Assembly: GCF_006345805.1 (NCBI RefSeq)
Contig: NC_043001.1
Span: 135,470,001-135,534,000, forward strand
Source: Octopus sinensis
Lineage: Eukaryota
Direction of reading: 5' to 3'
DNA length: 64,000 nt
Shown piece after piece: positions 38,201 through 50,425 of this stretch. Positions within the stretch are counted from its first letter, which is position 1; every line of letters starts with the position of its first letter. The translations under genes and the position numbers were made by a program. Below the pieces are notes generated by a model that saw only the letters and a list, made by a program, of their open reading frames with translations, was not told the origin of the DNA and searched no databases.

Positions 38201-40679
38201 AGGTAGGGGATATTATATATATAAATAGATAGAAAGATATATTTTTGCATCTGACCGTGGTCACTGCCACATCAATATTCTTTCCTGTGTTTGTGAAAGT
38301 TTTGAATCTCTACCATAAGGCTTCATTTCCACACACACCAGCTGAATTCAATTCGTCCCCAGTCAAAAGATACCTGTTCTTATGTCCTGTTATTATCATT
38401 AATATTTTTATTGTATTTTGTATTTATATCTGTGCAATGTTGTCTGTTTTTCCGTCTTTGTTTTCGTATACATTCGATGCTTTCTTCCAAGGAATCTAAT
38501 GCTCTTAGCTTGGGGCTGGCCAGATTGGAACAATCTCAAGATTAGTCAGCCAAAATTGCAAGGATGATCCGGTTCTTGACTGAGGATAGAAAGCTTCAAA
38601 TGATCCCTTCTTTTTTTTCTTCATTTTTTCTTTATTTTTTTTTGTATTGTCTATCTGGATGTTTTGTTGTCCCTTTTTGTATCACCTAGTTGTCCGGATG
38701 TTTTGCAATCTTGTCCCATTTTGTATTTCATATATATGATCAAGCAGTATATTACTGGTTATGGCACATAATTTGTCAGAATGTTACTGTTGGTTTTTGC
38801 ACCAACTACTGCACTTGGGCAATATTGACAGCTCTTCTAAAAGTCACCAATATTGCCTATGTGAAATAGTCAATGAGAAACTGACAGTAACATTCTAATC
38901 ACCAATATGCCACAACTAGTAATATACTTCTTGCCAATATGCAAAAAATATAACCTCTCTATCATTCATATTGAGTGTGCTTTTTTTTTTAAATTATGGA
39001 CAACTGCTTACACGCACACACACACATTCATCATTTAATGTCTGTTTTCCATGCTGGTATGGGTTGGATGGTTTGGTTGGCCAGCTCTTGTCAAACCGTC
39101 CAACTCATGCCAGCATGGAAAATGGATGTTAAATGATGATGATGATGATTTACATATGTACTTTGAATAGAATTCTTGTAATTTCCCTGTTCTGGTACCA
39201 AAAGTTTTCAGTTAAGAGAGATCAGCATTTTTCAACCAGGTTTCAAAATATGAATGACTGTCTGCCGAAGCCAGTGCCGCCTCGACTGGCTTCCGTGCAG
39301 GTGGCACGTAAAATGCACCAATCCGACCGTGGCCGATGCCAGCCTCGCCTGGCACCTGTGCGGGTGGCACGTAAAAAGCACCCACTACACTCACGGAGTG
39401 GTTGGCGTTAGGAAGGGCATCCAGCTGTAGAAACATTGCCAGATAAGACCGGAGCCTGGTGCAGCCTTCTGGCTTCCCAGATCCCCAGTCGAACCGTCCA
39501 ACCCATGCTAGCATGGAGAACGGACGTTAAACGATGATGATGTCACCAGAAAAGCTTCACTACCATAAAAGTAACAAAAAGATTATATTAAAAAGACTTG
39601 CTTATGCACTTTCCTGGTGTTGAGCACTCCTTCTTCCAGTTTGTTACTAACACACACACACACACACTATTTTACATTGACTTTCTAATGCTATGAGAAG
39701 TGAAATATACTTTTCTCAAATGGAGACAGTTCTATGAATATACACTGAGAAAAGTTAGTCTTCTGATTGATTGTTCTTTTAACTGACAATGATAAAACAA
39801 TATCACTATATATTGACTATCAAGACAAGAAGCAATATTTCTATTTTACTTATAACTTCTGGTGTGTAGCTGATCTTTACAAGAAAACTATGTCCAATAC
39901 AGTTCACATTCTTGTCTGTTCTTAAAGTGCAGACAACACAAAGATGATTTGTTTAGGATTCTCAGAGCATGGTTTTTTTACTCAAAGAATCTTATGAGAC
40001 ACCAGTGACAACCCCAGCACTTGACTGGTATGATATTTCACTGACACCAGACAGATGAAAAAGAGAGTTCACATTGGTGGTATTTGCACTCAGAACATAA
40101 AGGGCCAGAACTAAATACACAAGAATTCTGTCCAAATCTCCAACAATTCTGTTGACCTACTCCCTTATGAACCAAATATTTCTAGCAATGGTCAGCCTAT
40201 AATTTTGTATATCAGCAGCTACATTGTACTACGTATCATTATTTAAGATAGGAGGGTGTGGTTTGAGGGAGATCTAGTTGCTATTTCTATCAGGCTGAAT
40301 GATCACAGAAAGGGTCCATTGTATATGCTATGCCAAGGAACTCACATAGTTGTGTTACCATATATGTAGTGTTTCAGCACCCTAAGCACACATATAACAC
40401 ATACATACACACATACATACACCAACCTGGTAAATATAACATACACAGGCACACACATGTACTTTGCTCTGACAACCACAACACACACACATAAATAAAC
40501 ACCATTCTTTACTTATGAGCTATACATATAAACCCCAAAACACAGCTAAAACTACTGAGCCATAACAGAACCAGCTCACCAAACAAGCCTTCCTTGGCTC
40601 CACAACTATTTGAAATCAGAACAATCATGAACTACTTTTTGTTCATGTGACTGCCATCAACCACTTACACTGTTTTTAA

Positions 40680-40897
40680 CCCTTTAGCGTTCAGATTATT
40701 CAATCAAACATAATGCCTATTGATTCCCATTTATTTGAATTAATCATGCATTGTCTCATATCTTCAAGATCTTGATGGTGTAATTACTTAATGTAGAATC
40801 ACATTGTAGGGTAGGTGTGAGGGCCTGGATCTGTCAGTTTGAACATAAAACAGATTAAATATTTTGGCCGGATATGGCCGGTTTAAATACTAAAGGG
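40680..40897. mobile_element. TTAA-flanked (piggyBac-like) MITE
   Basis: TTAA at 40676-40679 and 40898-40901, CCCTTTAG / CTAAAGGG termini; opposite orientation to 24869-25087. Confidence 0.85.
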
Positions 40898-41562
40898 TTA
40901 AAGAGAAAGCAATTCTAAGCCACCTTTTTTTAAAAACAGAATCATCTTTTGATCACGTGACTGCCATCAACCAACCACATTGTTTTTTAGAGAGAAGGCA
41001 ATTTTGAGCCACCGTCTCTGTATAAAATAGTAGTAACTGTCGAATTCCATCCAGATGTGAGACTCTACAGCCAGATCCAAGAACTATAAATGGTCTGTTA
41101 TTACTCACCTTTTACAATTTAAGATGCAAACAATTATGATTTCTGATTGCAGTGAGACTAAAACTTTAGCATCCACTAATTGACAAACCAGACACATTTT
41201 ATCTTCTTGTCAAATACTCTATTACTTGATTTGGATATATTTATGTAAATTAATCTTTATCTTCTCATCATTGTAAAAAATATTATTACCTAATCTAAAT
41301 GATTTTTATGTAATCTATTTTTCGACTCATCACAGAGGATACACAAAGCCTCAAACTTTTTCTTATCATTGTCAAAGATTCTATCACTTGATTTGAATAC
41401 AGTTAAGTAAACTAATTTTTGACACCACAGAGGATACACAAAGCCTCATACTTTACTTTTGAAAATCTTTTCAAATAAGTGAAACCAGTTAAGTTGATAA
41501 ATACTTTTCAAAGACACTAGCATTTTTCAGAATTCTTTTTCTTATGTATATGTGTGTGGGTG

Positions 41563-41665
<103 letters not shown>

Positions 41666-41861
41666 GTATGTATATATACTAAGCAATAGGGTTCAGCAAC
41701 GAATTGCCTTACCACATACCGAATTTAGAAATAGCAGTCAAAGGGTTATAGCTATTTCTTCTACTAAAAAGGGAGATCTCAGTAAAAACAGCAATTGGAA
41801 GCTGACACAAACAGGTAAGAGAGAATGAATTAACCGCAATCTATCAAACATTTTTAAGTTA

Positions 41862-41968
41862 TCCACGGACGTACGTTTCGAAATCAAGTTTTAGGAAAGC
41901 ATAAGAATTAAAATATTAAATATTAAATAATTCTATCTTACCGAAACTTCTTTTCTCTTCAGCGTGGA
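41862..41968 (-). ncRNA. Type I hammerhead ribozyme, array unit 1
   Basis: UCCACG-CUGAAGA-[76-nt stem II, GAAA...UUUC closed]-GAAA-C GUAC G-UC^CGUGGA. Predicted cleavage between 41868 and 41867. Confidence 0.88.
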
Positions 41969-42453
41969 ATACTATAATCATAAATGATTATATATTGAAT
42001 TTTGAGGTACTAGGAGGTACCAACTCAACTCAGTATCAGAGCGAGCTAGAATCCTCAACTAGTATCACCGAATTCAAATTTGTGAATGAAACGATTGTGT
42101 CAACAGCCCCTTCCCACCCGCGTGTAGCCAAAAAGATGCTGTGGTCATCTACTAAGAAAAATAGGGTTATCCGTATAATGAAGGGTGAAATTAATTAATT
42201 TGGAATAATATCAATTACACCAAGTAGTCTTCGGCATGTAAAAGCCTCATTTGAGGAAAATTTAAGTAATACTAAGCAATAAGGGTTCAGCAACGAATTG
42301 CCTTACCACATACCGATTTAGAAATAGCAGTCAAAGGTTATAGCTATTTCTTCTACTAAAAAGGGAGATCTCAGTAAAAACAGCAATTGGAAGGCTGACA
42401 CAAACAGGTAAGAGAGAATGAATTAACCGCAATCTATCAAACATTTTTAATTA

Positions 42454-42561
42454 TCCACGGACGTACGTTTCGAAATCAAGTTTTAGGAAAGCATAAGAAT
42501 TAAAATATTAAATATTAAATAATTCTATCTTACCGAAACTTCTTTTCTCTCTCAGCGTGGA
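42454..42561 (-). ncRNA. Hammerhead, array unit 2 (1-nt insertion in the core)
   Basis: Same motif, but the core reads CUGAGAG because of an extra base near 42551; either a mutation or a consensus error. Confidence 0.6.
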
Positions 42562-43053
42562 ATACTATAATCATAAATGATTATATATTGAATTTTGAGA
42601 TACTAGGAGGTACCAACTCAACTCAGTATCAGAGCGAGCTAGAATCCTCAACTAGTATCACCGAATTCAAATTTGTGAATGAAACGATTGTGTCAACAGC
42701 CCCTTCCCACCCGCGTGTAGCCAAAACAAGATGCTGTGTCATCTACTGAGATAAAATATGGTTATCCGTAATAATGAAGGGTGAAATTAATTAATTTGGA
42801 ATAATTATCAATTACACCAAGTAGTCTTCGGCATGTAAAAGCCTCATTGAGGAAAATTTAAGTAATACTAAGCAATAAGGTTTCAGCAACGAATTGCCTT
42901 ACCACATACCGAATTTAGAAATAGCAGTCAAAGGGTTATAGCTATTTCTTCTACTAAAAAGGGAGATCTCAGTAAAAACAGCAATTGGAAGGCTGACACA
43001 AACAGGTAAGAGAGAATGAATTAACCGCAATCTATCAAACATTTTTAAAGTTA

Positions 43054-43158
43054 TCCACGGACGTACGTTTCGAAATCATTTTAGGAAAGCATAAGAATTA
43101 AAATATTAAATATTAAATAATTCTATCTTACCGAAACTTCTTTTCTCTTCAGCGTGGA
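43054..43158 (-). ncRNA. Type I hammerhead ribozyme, array unit 3
   Basis: Core and stems I and III intact; small deletion within stem II. Confidence 0.85.
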
Positions 43159-43651
43159 ATACTATAATCATAAATGATTATATATGAATTTTGAGATACT
43201 AGGAGGTACCAACTCAACTCAGTATCAGAGCGAGCTAGAATCCTCAACTAGTATCACCGAATTCAAATTTGTGAATGAAACGATTGTGTCAACAGCCCCT
43301 TCCCACCCGCGTGTAGCCAAAACAAGATGCTGTGGTCATCTACTGAGATAAAATATGGTTATCCGTAATAATGAAGGGTGAAATTAATTAATTTGGAATA
43401 ATTATCAATTACACCAAGTAGTCTTCGGCATGTAAAAGCCTCATTTGAGGAAAATTTAAGTAATACTAAGCAATAAGGGTTCAGCAACGAATTGCCTTAC
43501 CACATACCGAATTTAGAAATAGCAGTCAAAGGGTTATAGCTATTTCTTCTACTAAAAAGGGAGATCTCAGTAAAAACAGCAATTGGAAGGCTGACACAAA
43601 CAGGTAAGAGAGAATGAATTAACCGCAATCTATCAAACATTTTTAAAGTTA

Positions 43652-43758
43652 TCCACGGACGTACGTTTCGAAATCAAGTTTTAGGAAAGCATAAGAATTA
43701 AAATATTAAATATTAAATAATTCTATCTTACCGAAACTTCTTTTCTCTTCAGCGTGGA
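43652..43758 (-). ncRNA. Type I hammerhead ribozyme, array unit 4
   Basis: Same motif as unit 1. Confidence 0.88.
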
Positions 43759-44249
43759 ATACTATAATCATAAATGATTATATATTGAATTTTGAGATAC
43801 TAGGAGGTACCAACTCAACTCAGTATCAGAGCGAGCTAGAATCCTCAACTAGTATCACCGAATTCAAATTTGTGAATGAAACGATTGTGAACAGCCCCTT
43901 CCCACCCGCGTGTAGCCAAAACAAGATGCTGTGGTCATCTACTGAGATAAAATATGGTTATCCGTAATAATGAAGGGTGAAATTAATTAATTTGGAATAA
44001 TTATCAATTACACCAAGTAGTCTTCGGCATGTAAAAGCCTCATTTGAGGAAAATTTAAGTAATACTAAGCAATAAGGGTTCAGCAACGAATTGCCTTACC
44101 ACATACCGAATTTAGAAATAGCAGTCAAAGGGTTATAGCTATTTCTTCTACTAAAAAGGGAGATCTCAGTAAAAACAGCAATTGGAAGGCTGACACAACA
44201 GGTAAGAGAGAATGAATTAACCGCAATCTATCAAACATTTTTAAAGTTA

Positions 44250-44354
44250 TCCACGGACGTACGTTTCGAAATCAATTTTAGGAAAGCATAAGAATTAAAA
44301 TATTAAATATTAAATAATTCTATCTTACCGAAACTTCTTTTCTCTTCAGCGTGA
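44250..44354 (-). ncRNA. Type I hammerhead ribozyme, array unit 5
   Basis: Core intact; the stem I 5' strand reads UUCACG and still pairs with one G-U. Confidence 0.82.
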
Positions 44355-44846
44355 ATACTATAATCATAAATGATTATATATTGAATTTTGAGATACTAGA
44401 GTACCAACTCAACTCAGTATCAGAGCGAGCTAGAATCCTCAACTAGTATCACCGAATTCAAATTTGTGAATGAAACGATTGTGTCAACAGCCCCTTCCCA
44501 CCCGCGTGTAGCCAAAACAAGATGCTGTGGTCATCTACTGAGATAAAATATGGTTATCCGTAATAATGAAGGGTGAAATTAATTAATTTGGAATAATTAT
44601 CAATTACACCAAGTAGTCTTCGGCATGTAAAAGCCTCATTTGAGGAAAATTTAAGTAATACTAAGCAATAAGGGTTCAGCAACGAATTGCCTTACCACAT
44701 ACCGAATTTAGAAATAGCAGTCAAAGGGTTATAGCTATTTCTTCTACTAAAAAGGGAGATCTCAGTAAAAACAGCAATTGGAAGGCTGACACAAACAGGT
44801 AAGAGAGAATGAATTAACCGCAATCTATCAAACATTTTTAAAGTTA

Positions 44847-44953
44847 TCCACGGACGTACGTTTCGAAATCAAGTTTTAGGAAAGCATAAGAATTAAAATA
44901 TTAAATATTAAATAATTCTATCTTACCGAAACTTCTTTTCTCTTCAGCGTGGA
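44847..44953 (-). ncRNA. Type I hammerhead ribozyme, array unit 6
   Basis: Same motif as unit 1. Confidence 0.88.
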
Positions 44954-45445
44954 ATACTATAATCATAAATGATTATATATTGAATTTTGAGATACTAGGA
45001 GGTACCAACTCAACTCAGTATCAGAGCGAGCTAGAATCCTCAACTAGTATCACCGAATTCAAATTTGTGAATGAAACGATTGTGTCAACAGCCCCTTCCC
45101 ACCCGCGTGTAGCCAAAACAAGATGCTGTGTCATCTACTGAGATAAAATATGGTTATCCGTAATAATGAAGGGTGAAATTAATTAATTTGGAATAATTAT
45201 CAATTACACCAAGTAGTCTTCGGCATGTAAAAGCCTCATTTGAGGAAAATTTAAGTAATACTAAGCAATAAGGGTTCAGCAACGAATTGCCTTACCACAT
45301 ACCGAATTTAGAAATAGCAGTCAAAGGTTATAGCTATTTCTTCTACTAAAAAGGGAGATCTCAGTAAAAACAGCAATTGGAAGGCTGACACAAACAGGTA
45401 AGAGAGAATGAATTAACCGCAATCTATCAAACATTTTTAAAGTTA

Positions 45446-45549
45446 TCCACGGACGTACGTTTCGAAATCAGTTTTAGGAAAGCATAAGAATTAAATATTA
45501 AATATTAAATATTCTATCTTACCGAAACTTCTTTTCTCTTCAGCGTGGA
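45446..45549 (-). ncRNA. Type I hammerhead ribozyme, array unit 7
   Basis: Core and stems I and III intact; 1-nt deletions in stem II. Confidence 0.85.
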
Positions 45550-46078
45550 ATACTATAATCATAAATGATTATATATTGAATTTTGAGATACTAGGAGGTA
45601 CCAACTCAACTCAGTATCAGAGCGAGCTAGAATCCTCAACTAGTATCACCGAATTCAAATTTGTGAATGAAACGATTGTGTCAACAGCCCCTTCCCACCC
45701 GCGTGTAGCCAAAACAAGATGCTGTGGTCATCTACTGAGATAAAATATGGTTATCCGTAATAATGAAAGGTGAAATTAATTAATTTGGAATAATTATCAA
45801 TTATAATTATCAATTATAATTATCATTATTGTATGTATATATATATAATGTATGTATATATATATATGTATGTTATTATATATATATATATATATAATAT
45901 ATATATATATAGGTGCAGGTATGGTTGTGTGTGGTGAAGAAGCTTACATCTCAGGTGTATGATTTCAGGTTTAGCTCCACTATGTGGGACCTTAAGTGTC
46001 TTTTACTATAATCCTAAGTCAACCAAAGCCTTGTGAGTGGATGTGGTCGACAAAACTAAAAAGAACCCATTGTGTATG

Positions 46079-46124
<46 letters not shown>

Positions 46125-46904
46125 TTTTTATATGTATGTATACATGTATGTGCAAGTGTATGTATGTGTGTGCCTGCTTGTCTTGACATTGCATAATGTC
46201 GTAAGAGAATGTCATTCATTTGCCATATTCTGTGAAAACACGTCTGGCTATGAGGCAATATTACCTTGCTTGGAAAGAGCTATGGGTTAGAAGTGGAAAG
46301 GATGTTCAGTCATAGAAAATCTGCTTCAATAAAAACTCTGTCTGATTCATGCAAGCATGGAAAAGAGGACATTAAAATAAAGGCAATAATAGTGGTTAAG
46401 GCTGTTGCACTCGTGATTGTTAGATCATAGGTTCAATTCCCAGACTAAGTGGTGCATTGTGTTCTTGAGACAAACACTTCATTTCACATTGATCTAGTCC
46501 CCCTTTTGATCAAGGGCGAATGTTGGCTTCCTCACCTAACCAGTGGGGTGGCATCATTCAAAGGCTAAAATAATGCAATGCACATTGTGACCACCAATCA
46601 TGTGATACATATTAAGACCCCCATTCGGCCATGAATGACCATGTGATTGCACTGAGAAAGATGCCCTTCAAGGAACAAGTCTGGGCAAGGTTGTTTATGG
46701 AAGACCAGCAGTTGCCCATGCATACCAGCCTCCCCTCTCTGCACAACCAATTTTATCCAAAGGAAAGGCAAAGGCCGATACAGCTTGGCCCCAGGGACTT
46801 TTAAACTCATTTCTACAGTTGAGGGAATTGGAGTAATGTGAAATAAATAAAGTGTCTTGCTCAAGAACACCACTATTTGGTCCAGGAATTGAACTCCCTA
46901 CCTC

Positions 46905-46944
<40 letters not shown>

Positions 46945-47030
46945 CCTGCTCACTTAGTCAGTGGGGGTGGCGTCATTTAAAGGCTAAAAGCAATGCGAAA
47001 CGCATTGTGACCAGCGGTGTGTAGCAACAT

Positions 47031-47050
47031 CTGATAGCTGGTCGGTCACG

Positions 47051-47085
<35 letters not shown>

Positions 47086-47153
47086 GATAGCCTGGTTGGT
47101 CACGGTGATATATTATATATATATATATATCTCTGATAGCCTGGTTGGTCACG

Positions 47154-47189
<36 letters not shown>

Positions 47190-47245
47190 TATATATATAT
47201 TATATATATTATATATATATATATCTGATAGCCTGGTTGGTCACG

Positions 47246-47250
<5 letters not shown>
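47031..47250 (+). repeat. Four-fold repeat of the SINE family C 3' terminus separated by (TA)n
   Basis: CTGATAGCCTGGTTGGTCACGGTGAT-type core at 47031, 47084, 47133 and 47225. Confidence 0.9.
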
Positions 47251-47299
<49 letters not shown>

Positions 47300-48289
47300 T
47301 AAATCCATACATACATATACACTCACAAGTGTAAATATGATTAGGCATACACATTCAAGCTACGTACCTAATGTAATATATATTAACAAAACAAATATGT
47401 TTGGATATAGAATTTAACCACTTTGGATCTCCAGATCGTACTAGGGTTTTTAATCTATGATAAATGGAATCCCCATTTTGATGATAACATTGTTATTGCT
47501 CTGATAATGCATATCTTAATATTTCTAATGGAAAAAGCAAAGTTTTCTTTTTTTTATTTATTTACAATCTTTTTTTCTGTCAGAAAATTGGTGTTAATAA
47601 TACCTCAGATTGGAAAAGCTTCATTTTCTAATTGCACATGCATACATTGTGTGTGTGTGTGTGTGTGTGTGTGTTTGTATACATACATACATAGAAACAC
47701 ACATACATATATATGTATATAATTTAATATAATACACATTTACATGATACCACACCCATCATATGCAAACTTGGCGTTAGTGATGTCGGGTAGGACGATG
47801 ACAAATGAAATCCAGACAGACTCTAATTGATGGAATATAGACAAATGAAGTAAAGGATGATGATGATGGTGATGGAAAGAGGAAGAGACGTTTGGGCTTG
47901 TTGTGTAGAGAGGAAGATTTTACGAAAGAGTTCGTAATTGAGTAAATACTTAGGTAAATAATTGGGTAAAATAGTTTGTAACGTTACTCTCCCGGGAGAT
48001 GAAGTTTACTTGGGTCCATTAACTGCGAAACAAATAAAGTATTTGTGATAAAATTTATATAGATATATGCACACATACATACACACATGCATATGGAAGC
48101 ATGCATATGCACGGAGAAAGAGAAAGAGAGAGGGCGGAGAGGGTGAAGGGGAGAGGGGAAGAGAGAAAGAAAGGCCAAAGTCATTCAGGAAAGGAGGAGG
48201 TGGGCACAATTATGTATTGCCACATAATCTTTGTGAGTCACTGGAGCCTAAATACATGAATCATATATCAGTATGTCTATCTATCTATA

Positions 48290-48448
48290 ATATATATATA
48301 TATATATATGTATATATATGTATATATGTGTATATATGTATATGTATATATATATGTATATATGTATATGTGTATATATGTATATATGTATATATATGTA
48401 TATATGTATATATATGTATATATGTATATGTATATATATATATGTATA

Positions 48449-48493
<45 letters not shown>

Positions 48494-48524
48494 ATATATG
48501 TATGTATATATATGTATATATATG

Positions 48525-48555
<31 letters not shown>

Positions 48556-48740
48556 ATATATATATATATATATATATGTACGTGTGTGTGTGTATGTGTA
48601 AGTATATATATTATACATGTCATATATTTCTATGTATATGTGTACATACATATTTCTATATGTGTGTATATATATATATATATATAAATATGTCTACATA
48701 TATGTACGTATGTTATGTATATACATATATGTATGTGTAT
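48290..48740. repeat. Long compound (TA)/(TATATG) microsatellite
   Basis: Direct inspection; source of several spurious YIYI ORFs. Similar tracts at 33980-34190, 34410-34545 and 20050-20610. Confidence 0.95.
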
Positions 48741-50241
48741 ATGTGTGTTTGTGTATGATGCATATTAAACAAGCTAAAAGGGAAATGGGGGTAGTTTATA
48801 TGGTATTAAATGGTTAAATGATTATCTTGGGATATCGAGAGCCATAGACAGGTGGAAGTGGGGGGTGGTTTAGTGGTGTTGAATTGGCAGCTATTGGCTT
48901 ACTTAGGGTTCAATACCAACAGCCAGTTGGATTTAATGGTTTAACATATGGAAAGTGGAGATTAATGATGTTGATTCATTCATATGGCATGAAAAGGGAA
49001 ATTATATATTGTTGCACAATCTGTTAGAAAAAAGAGTAAAATTTCCCTCAAATCACATCTTCCCATGTTATAAAAGAACACACTGGATAATGTGGTCCTG
49101 GGTTACCATAGGAAAACAAATGGGATGGTCATAGCTGGAATGTCTCTGATCATAGGCCTGCTCCATCAGGAATGACCTGGGGCTAAACAACAATAACAAC
49201 AACAACAACAACGATAATAATTGCTTTGCATGGGATGAGGCAAGAAGGATGTGGAGGCTCTATGTGTTTGCTCAATCTGCTAGAAATAGCAGTCAAAAAT
49301 CATTATCACACCCTACTTTTGAAAAAATACAACAACAAAAAACAAAAACAAAGCTAAGATCACATAGGATAATGTAATCCTAGACAAGACAATGTGTAAG
49401 AGACAGGATTAGTATGGCTGGAACACAAATGGTCACAGTTCTGCACGGTCAAGGGCTGACCAGGAGTCAAACAATATCATTGCATGTATTGAAACCATTT
49501 ATCTGAAACAATGGCATATACTGCCGCTGCTGCTACTACTACTACAAATAATTTATAGGGATGTCTGTGAGGTTGGTTTCAATGAAACAATGACAATATA
49601 GCAAATAATAAACAAAAATAAAAAAAAAAATACCCCTACCACCATCCTATAATGTATTTTCTCTCAATTTGTGTCATGGTAGCAGTAATAGTGGTTAATT
49701 AAATGCTTGTATTTATGATGTTAATTGCCAGAGTGATTAGAGAATATTTATTACAAAGGCTACCAGTCTAACGAGAGGGGTCAACAACAGCTGTAGCCGA
49801 CAGTTACTAGGGGACACACAGACAGACATACATACTATAAATCATTGAAAATGGGAAGTGCCGGAACTATCAATTGTAGGCAGGTTGTTTATCTGAGCAC
49901 TTGAGGAAGGTCACTTGACTTAGCAGAAATAGCAGTCAAATTTCCTTCAAACTGCTCATTCACTGTCTTCCAAAGACAAAAGGACGTGACAGATAATGTA
50001 GACTGGGATATACCGTCTTCTTTAATTTACTTTTACTTGTTTCAGTCATTTGACTGTGCTGTGGCAATGCTGGGGCATCGCCTTGAAGATTTTTTTTATA
50101 GCCAAAGGAATCAACCCCAGTACTTATTTTTAAAGCCCTGGTACTTAATCTATCAGTCTCTTTTGCCGAACCACTAAGTTACAAGGACATAAACACAACA
50201 ACAAGAGTTGTCAAGCAGTGATGTCACACACACACATATAT

Positions 50242-50425
50242 ATCATCATCATCATCATCATCGTTTAATGACTGCTTTCCATGCTAGCATGGGTTGGACG
50301 ATTTGACTGAGGACTGGTGAACCAGCTGGAGCCTGGTGCAGCCATCTGGTTTGCCAGCCCTCAGTCAAATCGTCCAACCCATGCTAGCATGGAAAGTGGA
50401 CGTTAAACGATGATGATGATGATGA

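Larger units (their letters stand above)
41676..45803 (-). repeat. Tandem array of ~6.9 x ~600-bp units, each with a hammerhead ribozyme (retrozyme / Penelope pLTR-like satellite)
   Basis: The marker CTAAGCAATA recurs at 41679, 42272, 42868, 43466, 44065, 44661 and 45261 (spacings 593-600). Copies differ mostly by 1-nt deletions. Flanked by (TA)n on both sides. Confidence 0.97.

Noticed and set aside
38565-38610. CUGAGGA followed by CAAAUGAUC, hammerhead-like
   Set aside because: GAAA core absent and no convincing stems.
41995-42198. 60-67-aa ORF in the satellite unit (also 43785-43967)
   Set aside because: TTG start, frame and end differ between near-identical copies, no recognisable domain; the conserved signal is the RNA motif on the other strand.
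48067-48817. Long YIYI/MYIY ORFs (also 33576-34237, 60010-60557, 1517-2166)
   Set aside because: Translations of TA/TG microsatellites.
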